Shown piece after piece: positions 1 through 8,578 of a stretch of DNA of 45,138 nucleotides. The position numbers were made by a program, and so were the translations under genes. This stretch comes from a virus. Taxonomy: Duplodnaviria > Caudoviricetes. Numbering within the stretch: the first letter of the stretch is position 1; every line of letters starts with the position of its first letter. The notes below the pieces were generated by a model that was not told the origin of the DNA, did no database searches, and worked only from the letters and a program-made list of their open reading frames with translations. The stretch spans positions 1-45,138 of the IMG/VR virus record IMGVR_UViG_3300032318_001140; one strand, written 5' to 3'.

Positions 1-1
1 C

Positions 2-211
2 AACGTAACCGATTTTAGAGTTATTGCAGATGGAGATCTAGAGTATGTTATATTGGGAGGCTCTGCTATGACTACGCAATCTACTACGTCATTCTTCGGA
101 AATGCTAACGTATTCCCTTTAAATATTGAATTTACAGACTCTATTAACTTAAGAGCTATATGTGGAGCAGCAAGCATCCCATTCACAGTATTCTACAGGG
201 AGGAAGTGTAA
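2..211 (+). CDS. Partial CDS (3' end of a hypothetical protein truncated by the window edge)
   Basis: Open frame from base 2 (NVTDFRVIADGDLEY...FYREEV) to TAA 209-211, overlapping the next ATG (TAATG). Confidence 0.65.
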   Translation, partial: NVTDFRVIADGDLEYVILGGSAMTTQSTTSFFGNANVFPLNIEFTDSINLRAICGAASIPFTVFYREEV

Positions 212-621
212 TGCCTAAAAAGATAGATGAGATTATCTACTACAAAGAAGTTCAGGGGCCTTTTAAAGAAGGATCTAAATGGGCGGTAAGAACATACTAT
301 TATAAGACTGAAGACTTTAGTGGATTGCCAGTCAAGCAAACCCTAGAATATGTAGAAGCTCCAGTAGAGAATAAAAGTTACAACATAAACTTAAAAGAGT
401 TTTTACTCTCTTTACCTAGAGAAGATAGAGATAACTTAGGCTTCTATGTAGCTAACGAAAACCCAGCACTTAAGTATATACTCGAAGATGGAAAGCTTAC
501 AATTAGTGAGATAGACTCTATAATCGAAGACTTTGAGAGTGACTCGGGAACTAAGATAAAACCTGAAACTGCTGAGTTAGTAATAAATAGATTAAATTAT
601 ATTAAGAGTCTAATTTCCTAA
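211..621 (+). CDS. Hypothetical protein (136 aa)
   Basis: ORF track gives 160..621. ATG 211 is preferred: GGAGG at 199-203 and TAATG coupling to the upstream stop. Confidence 0.75.
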   Translation: MPKKIDEIIYYKEVQGPFKEGSKWAVRTYYYKTEDFSGLPVKQTLEYVEAPVENKSYNINLKEFLLSLPREDRDNLGFYVANENPALKYILEDGKLTISEIDSIIEDFESDSGTKIKPETAELVINRLNYIKSLIS

Positions 622-623
622 TA

Positions 624-3023
624 ATGCACGGAAAAGTAATTAAATTTTCACACACGAAACTATCTGACATAGGAACAAACACACATGCCCAGATAGACAC
701 TCACGTAGCTAGCACATCTAACCCACACAGCACGACTAAAGCACAAGTAGGATTAGGGAACGTAGATAATACTTCAGATAGCTCAAAACCAGTGAGCACA
801 GCTCAACAGACAGCTTTAGATGCTAAAGAATCAACAGCTAATAAAAATCAAAATAACGGATATGCTGGTTTAGATAGTTCTGGGAAACTAAATCCTTCTC
901 AGCTACCTGCTATAGCTGTTACAGATACGAGCGTAGTAGCTTCGCAAACAGCTATGCTAGCTCTTACGGCAGAAGTAGGTGATCTAGCAGTAAGGACTGA
1001 TTTAAACAAAACCTTCATTTTAAGAGTTAGCCCAGCATCTACGTTAGGAAACTGGCAGGAACTATTAACCCCTACTGGTGCTGTAGCTAGCGTGTATGGA
1101 AGAACTGGGATAGTTACGGCTCAATCTGGAGACTACACCGCAGACCAAATAACTGAAACAGCCAGTAATAAAATTTTAACCTCTACAGAGAGAACTAAAT
1201 TAAGTGGAATAGCTACAGGGGCAACCGCTAACAGTACAGATGCACAGCTAAGAGATAGATCTACACACACTGGCGAACAAGCTATTAGTACTATAACTAA
1301 CCTACAGACTACCCTCAACTTAAAATTAGAGGCAGCTTCGATAGCTAACTTTGAAACTACTACTCAATTAAACTCCAGAGATACCGCTAATAGAAACAGA
1401 GCTAATCATTCAGGAAGTCAACTAGCAAGTACTATTAGTGACTTTGCTAGTACTGTATTGGCTACAGTTTTGACTGGTTTAAATTTAGCTACCAGCTCTG
1501 TGATATCAGCGACAGACACAGTTTTAACAGCTTTAGGTAAACTGCAAGCTCAGGTAACAAGTTTAGGTAGTTCAAAACAAGATAATCTAGTCTCTGGGAC
1601 TAATATAAAAACTGTCAATACTCAAAGTATACTAGGCAGTGGCAATATTACCATTGGGGGGTCTGCTGCATGGGGCGGAATTACAGGCACTCTATCAACT
1701 CAAACAGATTTACAGTCCGCTTTAAATGCAAAAGAAAACAGTATTACAGCAGGTACTACCTCCCAATATTACAGAGGCGATAAAACATTCCAAACACTTG
1801 ATAAGACAGCAGTAGGGCTAGGCAATGTCGCAAACACAGACACCACAACAACTGCTAACATTACCGACTCAAATAACAAGCGTTTTATCACAGATACACA
1901 ACAAACCGTTTTGAGTAACACAAGCGGAACAAACACTGGTGACAATGCTACGAACACAACATCAAACACTTATGCAGACGGCAAAGTGGCTGACTCTATA
2001 ACAGACGGTGTGACAACATCTGCCCCTTCCCAAAACGCTGTATTTGATGCTTTAGCAAATAAGCAAGCTACATTAGTAAGTGGGACGAGTATCAAAACAA
2101 TCAACAGCCAAAGTATACTAGGCAGTGGCAATATAACAATTTCGGGCGGTGGGGGAGCTACAGATTTAGCGTATGTAGCAAGTTCAACTGATGGAGTTGT
2201 CACAAGTTCTACTGGTAACTCTGCCACAATTCCTGCTGGTTCAGTAACAAATGCAAGTTTAATGTTACCAGCAGATAAAACAAAACTAGATAGCATAACC
2301 GTTGATACTGCAACAGTGGTGCGTAAATTGGTGAGAAACCAAACAGGGTCAACAATACCAAAGGGGACGGCAGTTTACCAGTTAGGTAGTTCAGGTATCG
2401 TAATTACAGTTGCCCCTGCGGATGCTTCATTAGAAGCAACTGCTTCTCAAACGCTAGGCATTACGCAAGAAGCCATTGCCAACAATGCGAACGGTTATGT
2501 GGTAGCCGTGGGACTTTTAGATGGCGTAAACACTTCAGCATTAACAGAGGGGCAGATTGTTTGGTTAAGTGAGACTGCTGGTCAATTAACCACGACTAGA
2601 CCTACACAACCTGCACATAGTGTTGTATGTGGGTATTGTGTGAAGCAAGGCAGTGGTGCTTCAGGCATACTTTATGTAAAAGTGGATAACGGCTTAGAAC
2701 TTGCAGAATTGCACGATGTACTTTTAACTGGGGCAGTAACAGGTAATGTTTTAGCTTTATTTGCAGATGGGTTATGGAAGCCATTGGCTTTAGATAAAAC
2801 TAGTGTAGGCTTAGGCAATGTTGACAATACTAGCGATGCAAACAAACCTATTTCAACTGCTACTCAAACAGCACTTAACGCAAAACAAAACACTCTAGTG
2901 TCAGCTACTAACATAAAGACTATAAATGGGGCTAGTGTTTTAGGCTCAGGAGATTTAACGGTTACTGGCAGTGGCGGTATAAGTAATAATCAAAGTATAG
3001 TAAATGCTTTGATTTTTGGATAG
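624..3023 (+). CDS. Repeat-rich fibre-like virion protein (799 aa)
   Basis: Ser/Thr/Gly-rich. Repeats include VGLGNV(D/A)NT x3, LVS(G/A)T(N/S)IKT(I/V)N..S(I/V)LGSG x3 and R..H(T/S)G.Q..STI x2, typical of phage fibre shafts. Confidence 0.7.
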   Translation: MHGKVIKFSHTKLSDIGTNTHAQIDTHVASTSNPHSTTKAQVGLGNVDNTSDSSKPVSTAQQTALDAKESTANKNQNNGYAGLDSSGKLNPSQLPAIAVTDTSVVASQTAMLALTAEVGDLAVRTDLNKTFILRVSPASTLGNWQELLTPTGAVASVYGRTGIVTAQSGDYTADQITETASNKILTSTERTKLSGIATGATANSTDAQLRDRSTHTGEQAISTITNLQTTLNLKLEAASIANFETTTQLNSRDTANRNRANHSGSQLASTISDFASTVLATVLTGLNLATSSVISATDTVLTALGKLQAQVTSLGSSKQDNLVSGTNIKTVNTQSILGSGNITIGGSAAWGGITGTLSTQTDLQSALNAKENSITAGTTSQYYRGDKTFQTLDKTAVGLGNVANTDTTTTANITDSNNKRFITDTQQTVLSNTSGTNTGDNATNTTSNTYADGKVADSITDGVTTSAPSQNAVFDALANKQATLVSGTSIKTINSQSILGSGNITISGGGGATDLAYVASSTDGVVTSSTGNSATIPAGSVTNASLMLPADKTKLDSITVDTATVVRKLVRNQTGSTIPKGTAVYQLGSSGIVITVAPADASLEATASQTLGITQEAIANNANGYVVAVGLLDGVNTSALTEGQIVWLSETAGQLTTTRPTQPAHSVVCGYCVKQGSGASGILYVKVDNGLELAELHDVLLTGAVTGNVLALFADGLWKPLALDKTSVGLGNVDNTSDANKPISTATQTALNAKQNTLVSATNIKTINGASVLGSGDLTVTGSGGISNNQSIVNALIFG
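1623..2134 (+). repeat. 26-bp exact direct repeat within the fibre gene
   Basis: CAAAGTATACTAGGCAGTGGCAATAT at 1623-1648 and 2109-2134. Confidence 0.9.
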
Positions 3024-3045
3024 TACACTAAGAGAGTAACATTTA

Positions 3046-3609
3046 ATGAAGGATTTTTTGCCTACTACCTATACTTTCACACCTGGAACTTCTGGGGTAG
3101 GTACTGTTACTTTAAATATACCTAATTTTGACCTTAAGAGATTAGTGGCGATTATTAATCAAACCAGAGGAATAGTAATTTATTCTACTGGAAGTGTAGA
3201 CTTAAGATACTCTAGTATCTCTGCAAACACCTTAACATTATTTTTTGATACTAGTGCACAGAACGCTAATGATATTTTACAAGTTATATACAATTCTGAT
3301 GCTCCATTAGAAGTCATCGCAAATAAAACAGATGAGACTATTGAACTATTAAAAATTTTAGTAGATTTATTATTCTCTAACGCTATAGTTGATGCAGGAC
3401 AAAGACAAAAAATAGTTATAGATGCAATTACAGCAGGTCTGACATTAGCTACCGTAACAACCGTAGGTACTGTAACTGGGGTTAACACTGTATCTACGGT
3501 ATCTAGTGTGTCTAATATAGCAGCTTTATTTGGAGTAAACAACCAAGCCTACAACGACATGCTTAACAGTGTTTACGATTCAGGAATTAGAAACAGGATA
3601 ATTTTATGA
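3046..3609 (+). CDS. Putative virion structural protein (187 aa)
   Basis: Beta-rich N-terminus (YTFTP...LVAIINQTRGIVIY) and (T/S)V triplet repeats near the C-terminus; lies in the fibre-like block. Confidence 0.6.
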   Translation: MKDFLPTTYTFTPGTSGVGTVTLNIPNFDLKRLVAIINQTRGIVIYSTGSVDLRYSSISANTLTLFFDTSAQNANDILQVIYNSDAPLEVIANKTDETIELLKILVDLLFSNAIVDAGQRQKIVIDAITAGLTLATVTTVGTVTGVNTVSTVSSVSNIAALFGVNNQAYNDMLNSVYDSGIRNRIIL

Positions 3610-6212
3610 CGACAGTAAATTTAGGAAAAGGGGATGATTTCCCAAGATGGAAAGCTACCAGATTTGCACCTGCGGTTAGCTCTACTTTATCCGCAGCTTG
3701 TGGGGCAGATAATACACACATAGATTCTAGACACGGCAGATACATTTACTACTTAATAGGAGCTGGTTCTTTTTGGAGATATGATACATGGTCAGATTCT
3801 TGGCAACAGTTAGCTTCCCCAATTACTGCTCCAGCAACTTTTTCTAGATTAAAATTCTCAGGGGCAGTTGGGTACTTTTCTAGAGTTTTATCAGCTACTA
3901 CAAATACTATTACTGCTGCTGCTATAACAGGCGAAGTGTTGCTAGGATATGACCTAGTAATCACAGCAGGCACAGGTAAAGGACAACAAAGAAAAATAAC
4001 TAACGTAAGTGAGCCTACCGTATTCGACTACGGAACTTTAACTACTGCTACAGTATCTCTTTTAACGGATACTAACAAAAACTGGGCCGTCAACTCATTA
4101 GTTGGCATGCAAGTTAAGTTACTGGCTGGTACAGGATTAAACCAAATCAGAAAGATTATAGCTAACACAGCTACTACTATAACTTTATCAGATGCCAACA
4201 AACATGCAGAAGATATTTTATGTAATCCTCCTTTAGCGGTAGCTCCAGCAGCAGGTACTATATATCAAATAGAAACTCACGTAATTACAGTAGACTCTAA
4301 CTGGCTAATTACCCCAGATACGACTAGTAGATTTAAAATTCAATCTGGATCTGTTTGGCTAGCTTCTGGTGCAGCAGCTACACCATTTTATACTTTGCAG
4401 ATGTACGATGTTGCTGCCGATCAGTGGTATATAAAAAACGCTTCTGGTGGTATTCTACCAGCAGCAGCTACCGATTTCGACATAGAGAGATGCGGAGAAA
4501 ATGCTTCTGTATGGCAAAGAGGAATAGCATTGGGAACCCACTCAACTACAACATTGCAAGACACTACCAAAGATTGGGCAGTTAATCAGTTCGCTGGTAA
4601 ATATATAAGAATATACTCTGGCACAGGGGAAGGACAGTTATCTTTAATTTCTTCTAACACCACAAACACTTTAACTTTTGCTGCTATGCTAGCTGCTCCT
4701 ACTAACACCAGTAGATACATGATTACTGGTTTTGATGCTGGTGCAGTAACTTCAGCAGCTACATCTTCTGGTGTCTCCACTTTAACAGACAGCTCTAAAT
4801 CTTGGGCTACTAATAGATGGAATAACCTTGCTGTAGAGATAGTGTCTGGGACAGGTGCAGGGCAAGAGAGGGTTATTACTAACACCACGGCTACCGTCCT
4901 TACTGTATCCCCAGAGTGGGGCGTTATACCAGATTCTACGTCACGTTATGTAATTCACGGAAATACAGATACTTTATTATTACAGGCTGGTGGACGTTCT
5001 GCTTTATTTCTGCACAGTGTAGAAGACGACATGACTGTTTTAGGTAGAAGATTTGAAGGTGGAGCTGCTAGGGGTGTAAGCGTTCAAGTTGGCGAGGATA
5101 AGCCTATAGCAGTAGCTTCTGCGACTTATTCTAATCCTACTTTAACAGTAACCACAGTAAACCCTCACGGCTATAAGACTGGTGAAATTGTCAAAATGCG
5201 AGGCGATACTGGTGCTGGTGCATCTATTAACAACTTGGCAGGTGGCTATGCCTGTACTGTAACTGGTGCTACTACTTTCACTTTAGCCGTAGGGGCAGGG
5301 TCAGCAGCAGTTACGGTAACAGCTCAATCTACAACTACCTTAGTAGACGGATCTAAAAATTGGACTACAAACCAATGGGCAGGACACATAGTTACTTTTA
5401 ACTCAGTGCAAGGGCCAGCAGCAGCCGTAAACTCGGCTAGAATAGTTAGTAATACAGCTACCACGTTGACCTTCTCAGCAGCAGCGGCCGCAGCACCAGT
5501 TCAAGGGATTTCTAGATATTCTATCTCAGCTCCAGCTACGCACTTATTTAAACATTCTGTAGGATCTATGGATTCTGGTGTAGCAACTGGTTCACAATCT
5601 ACGACTACATTGCAAGACACTTCTAAAACTTGGCCAGTGGGTGCTTTTGTGGGTAGAACCTTAATAATGCTCTCTGGAACTGGGCAATATCAGGAATTAG
5701 CTATTACAGCTAACACTGCAAACACTTTAACATTTGCCACTGCTACAGCACCAGTGGCAGGAGCTACAGCATACTCTATCTTACAAGCACAAGCTAAAGG
5801 AACTGGCATCTCTCTTAACTGGATATTTGAGAACTCAGATCCATTAACAAGGGGATCGCTATTGACTCTGCCTAGAGGTGGAGGTCTTGCAAGTTTCCAT
5901 AGATTGAATATGCAGTCGGACAGTTGGTTACTAGATTCCCCTATGCCTTACTTTGAAACCTTAACTACTGGGTCAATGTATGCTTATGATGGTGGAGATT
6001 ATATATACTTTACCAAAGAAGTTACTCAGAGGGTTTATAGATTAAACGTAAACACTTGGGAAGTCGAACCTGCTGGACTGTATCCATACATACCAGGTAC
6101 AGCAATTTTAGGAAATAGGTTTGAGATTTTTGAAACATCTCAAGGTCTAAGATATCTCTGGTTAAACCGCCACAGTGGGCAGGAGTGTTACGTTCAATTA
6201 TTATGGTATTAA
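3606..6212 (+). CDS. Large repeat protein: Kelch-like blades interrupted by six beta-rich repeats; putative adhesin or fibre (868 aa)
   Basis: Six copies of L.D..K.W..N...G....I..GTG.GQ...I..NT...LT. Blade-like segments GRYIYYLIGAGSFWRYDTWSDSWQQL, LQMYDVAADQWY and GDYIYFTKEVTQRVYRLNVNTWE. Confidence 0.65.
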   Translation: MTTVNLGKGDDFPRWKATRFAPAVSSTLSAACGADNTHIDSRHGRYIYYLIGAGSFWRYDTWSDSWQQLASPITAPATFSRLKFSGAVGYFSRVLSATTNTITAAAITGEVLLGYDLVITAGTGKGQQRKITNVSEPTVFDYGTLTTATVSLLTDTNKNWAVNSLVGMQVKLLAGTGLNQIRKIIANTATTITLSDANKHAEDILCNPPLAVAPAAGTIYQIETHVITVDSNWLITPDTTSRFKIQSGSVWLASGAAATPFYTLQMYDVAADQWYIKNASGGILPAAATDFDIERCGENASVWQRGIALGTHSTTTLQDTTKDWAVNQFAGKYIRIYSGTGEGQLSLISSNTTNTLTFAAMLAAPTNTSRYMITGFDAGAVTSAATSSGVSTLTDSSKSWATNRWNNLAVEIVSGTGAGQERVITNTTATVLTVSPEWGVIPDSTSRYVIHGNTDTLLLQAGGRSALFLHSVEDDMTVLGRRFEGGAARGVSVQVGEDKPIAVASATYSNPTLTVTTVNPHGYKTGEIVKMRGDTGAGASINNLAGGYACTVTGATTFTLAVGAGSAAVTVTAQSTTTLVDGSKNWTTNQWAGHIVTFNSVQGPAAAVNSARIVSNTATTLTFSAAAAAAPVQGISRYSISAPATHLFKHSVGSMDSGVATGSQSTTTLQDTSKTWPVGAFVGRTLIMLSGTGQYQELAITANTANTLTFATATAPVAGATAYSILQAQAKGTGISLNWIFENSDPLTRGSLLTLPRGGGLASFHRLNMQSDSWLLDSPMPYFETLTTGSMYAYDGGDYIYFTKEVTQRVYRLNVNTWEVEPAGLYPYIPGTAILGNRFEIFETSQGLRYLWLNRHSGQECYVQLLWY

Positions 6213-6520
6213 CTACAAACACAATTACACCTATAAATGAAACCTCCACTAAATTGGAAATAGTAATTAATGCAGCAGCTACAGACTTAGGATCTGCTAT
6301 AGGTCTACTGTTTAAATCTTTCGGTAATACAGTATTGGTAGACTCACAAGAGATGCTGGACTTCGCAGTACAGAAAACTAAGGAATGGTGGGTAACTAGA
6401 ATACATGAGCAAGAGCAGAGAGAACTATCCATAGTTGCCGAGATCATAGCGGAACAGGCTAGACGTAGCTTTATAGACTCTCACAACAGCGTAACACAAA
6501 AACTAACTATTGCACAATGA
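6203..6520 (+). CDS. Hypothetical protein
   Basis: ORF track 6185..6520; in-frame ATG 6203 overlaps the end of the upstream gene; helical C-terminus. Confidence 0.65.
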   Translation: MVLTTNTITPINETSTKLEIVINAAATDLGSAIGLLFKSFGNTVLVDSQEMLDFAVQKTKEWWVTRIHEQEQRELSIVAEIIAEQARRSFIDSHNSVTQKLTIAQ

Positions 6521-7026
6521 GTAACGAGCTAAACATAATTTACGACACTGGAAGAACAGTAACAGTTAGCCTGCTTTTAGGCTCTACTGTGTCTGCTTCT
6601 AATGTAGCTCTTACAGAAAGAGGCTCTACTGGCCATTACTACGGCAATGTGCCTGCTTTAGGTGCTGGTAACTACTATGTTTTATTTTATGAGGGAGCTA
6701 CGGCAATAGGCTATGGAGATTTATATTGGGACGGAACTAAAGAACTTTTAAATAAATTAGATGTAGATGTTTCTACAAGATCCACACAAACAAGCGTAAA
6801 TGCAATACCCACCAACCCTTTACTAACATCTGATTCTAGACTATCTAACTTAACTACTATAGAATTGATTAGAAAATTAATAACTAACACATCTAAAATA
6901 GATGAATTAACTAACAGATTAATAGTATACGATGATGATGGAACTACTCCAATACTACAATTTAATACTAAAGATTCTAATGGAGCTAACTCTACTACTG
7001 AGATCTTTGAAATAAGGAAAATATAA
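6517..7026 (+). CDS. Putative structural protein (169 aa)
   Basis: ATGA-coupled; beta-rich N-domain; C-terminal LIVYDDDGTTPIL motif. Confidence 0.65.
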   Translation: MSNELNIIYDTGRTVTVSLLLGSTVSASNVALTERGSTGHYYGNVPALGAGNYYVLFYEGATAIGYGDLYWDGTKELLNKLDVDVSTRSTQTSVNAIPTNPLLTSDSRLSNLTTIELIRKLITNTSKIDELTNRLIVYDDDGTTPILQFNTKDSNGANSTTEIFEIRKI

Positions 7027-7509
7027 ATGTGGTTTAAGTGGCTAGCCTTGAAAGAGTTCAAGCCTTCTGGAGGTATAATACTGCCTGACTATCTCCCAGA
7101 AAACGACCTACAATTAGAGATACAGAACTACGATAGTGAGTCGGATAACATGGAAAGACTAGAAGGCGACATAAGAATACAGAGAGTAAATCTTACTAAG
7201 TTGCTTAATAGTGGTAATTACTCTATTACCAGCATAAGCCAAATTACTGAAGCACTACTAGTAATTAAAGACAAGACATCTGTAATAATTCAAAAAACAC
7301 TAGCAAATTCTGAGCTAATTAAAGATACCCCAAATAATACAATAGTTATAATTTTCAAGTCTTCAGATTTTGCCCCTGGTAAACTAGAAAAGAATAAAAG
7401 TTACACTATAGGGCTTGGTATAAAATATGGTAGTTTGACAGAGTTTGTCCCTATGAACTTAAGTTTTGCTAGCTCAAACTTAAAAGTATTACCTAACCCT
7501 TTGATATGA
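7027..7509 (+). CDS. Hypothetical protein, possibly beta-sandwich (160 aa)
   Basis: Abuts the upstream stop; alternating hydrophobic pattern. Confidence 0.65.
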   Translation: MWFKWLALKEFKPSGGIILPDYLPENDLQLEIQNYDSESDNMERLEGDIRIQRVNLTKLLNSGNYSITSISQITEALLVIKDKTSVIIQKTLANSELIKDTPNNTIVIIFKSSDFAPGKLEKNKSYTIGLGIKYGSLTEFVPMNLSFASSNLKVLPNPLI

Positions 7510-7778
7510 TTCTTAAGAGAGATCTTCTTAGATTTTTATGCTCTAAGGGATATGTTATATATAAAGTCTATGCAAAAGGAGACTACCTCTGTAAACCAGA
7601 AGACTTATTACGTTTCGGAGAAAAAGAAGTTAAAGTGGGAGCTACTATTTTAAGAGTATCTACGCACAATATTCAACTTAAAATAGCCAGAGAAGGACAT
7701 AATAATTTTAAAGCTGTTAAGACTAAATGCTTGAGTACGCTACATATAATAGATGGGTCTTTGGAAGGATTTGTCTAA
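7506..7778 (+). CDS. Hypothetical basic protein (90 aa)
   Basis: ATGA overlap with the upstream gene; stop overlaps the stop of the convergent gene. Confidence 0.55.
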   Translation: MILKRDLLRFLCSKGYVIYKVYAKGDYLCKPEDLLRFGEKEVKVGATILRVSTHNIQLKIAREGHNNFKAVKTKCLSTLHIIDGSLEGFV

Positions 7779-8122
7779 ACTCTGAATATAGCGACCTTGA
7801 AATATGCCTCTATAGCATTTACTAATATATGGCAGTTACTATGCCCATTATCGTCATTATAAGTGTAGGCGAAATCTCCTAGAGGTACATATATTATTTC
7901 CAAAGACTGATCCTTATTCTTTACAGCTAACATAGGGCTTAAATCAACTTCATCTTCTACCTGTTCTAAAAAATAATCCTCTATTAGAGATACTGCTCTA
8001 GTTACATTAGTAGCCATTAAGTCAAGATCTAGCTGGTAAATAGTATCTTTTGAGACTAACTCCCTATATCTTATAGGGTTAAAGCTATCATTTTTTATAG
8101 TTATTAACTCAGTTATATTCAC
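7775..8122 (-). CDS. Hypothetical acidic protein (115 aa)
   Basis: Fills the gap; GTG start lies 8 nt after minus-strand TGTGCTATAAT. Confidence 0.7.
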   Translation of the reverse strand: MNITELITIKNDSFNPIRYRELVSKDTIYQLDLDLMATNVTRAVSLIEDYFLEQVEDEVDLSPMLAVKNKDQSLEIIYVPLGDFAYTYNDDNGHSNCHILVNAIEAYFKVAIFRV

Positions 8123-8130
8123 CTGCTTAG

Positions 8131-8157
8131 ATTATAGCACACACGCTGAGGTATAAT
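8131..8157. promoter_or_regulatory. Back-to-back divergent promoters
   Basis: Minus strand: extended -10 TGTGCTATAAT (8131-8141). Plus strand: GTATAAT (8151-8157). Confidence 0.7.
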
Positions 8158-8160
8158 TAC

Positions 8161-8571
8161 GTGCAGAAATACGTAATGTCAAATTATAAAAGTAAATTAT
8201 TCATACCTAACTGTACTTACTGTGGTGCAGAATGTACCCCACTAGGAGTAAAGAAGCTCCAACAATACCAAGAAGCTAAAAAACATATATTCTGTTCAGA
8301 TGCTTGTGATGAAAAACACTCCTATTACGAAGGAGTTAAAGCTAAGTGGAAACCTACCACCGATAAAGAATCTTTAGATTTCCTAGATGCTCAGACCAGA
8401 CTTTACGTAGATATAGTTCATACAGCAGACAAAGCCTTAACACAAAAGAAATTAGTTTTAATATTTGACGATCCGAGATTTAGCACTTTATGTAGTGCAG
8501 ATTTTAAGAGTTCTATTCATACTGCACTCCAAGCATATTCACAAGAAGTAATGGAACGAATAACAATTTAA
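8161..8571 (+). CDS. Zn-finger-containing hypothetical protein
   Basis: CTYC...FCSDAC motif. True start may be ATG 8176, because GTG 8161 is only 3 nt after the -10 box. Confidence 0.7.
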   Translation: MQKYVMSNYKSKLFIPNCTYCGAECTPLGVKKLQQYQEAKKHIFCSDACDEKHSYYEGVKAKWKPTTDKESLDFLDAQTRLYVDIVHTADKALTQKKLVLIFDDPRFSTLCSADFKSSIHTALQAYSQEVMERITI

Positions 8572-8578
8572 GGGTAGT

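Noticed and set aside
160-210. ORF-track start at 160
   Set aside because: Overlaps the upstream CDS; ATG 211 has an SD and stop-start coupling.
1780-2900. Apparent codon-usage shift (ACA-rich) suggesting a foreign segment in the fibre gene
   Set aside because: The start of the same gene is also ACA-rich; cannot be supported without computation.
624-6212. Diversity-generating retroelement or CRISPR array suggested by repeats
   Set aside because: Repeats are in-frame protein repeats. No reverse transcriptase, no adenine-specific TR/VR pair and no repeat-spacer periodicity seen.
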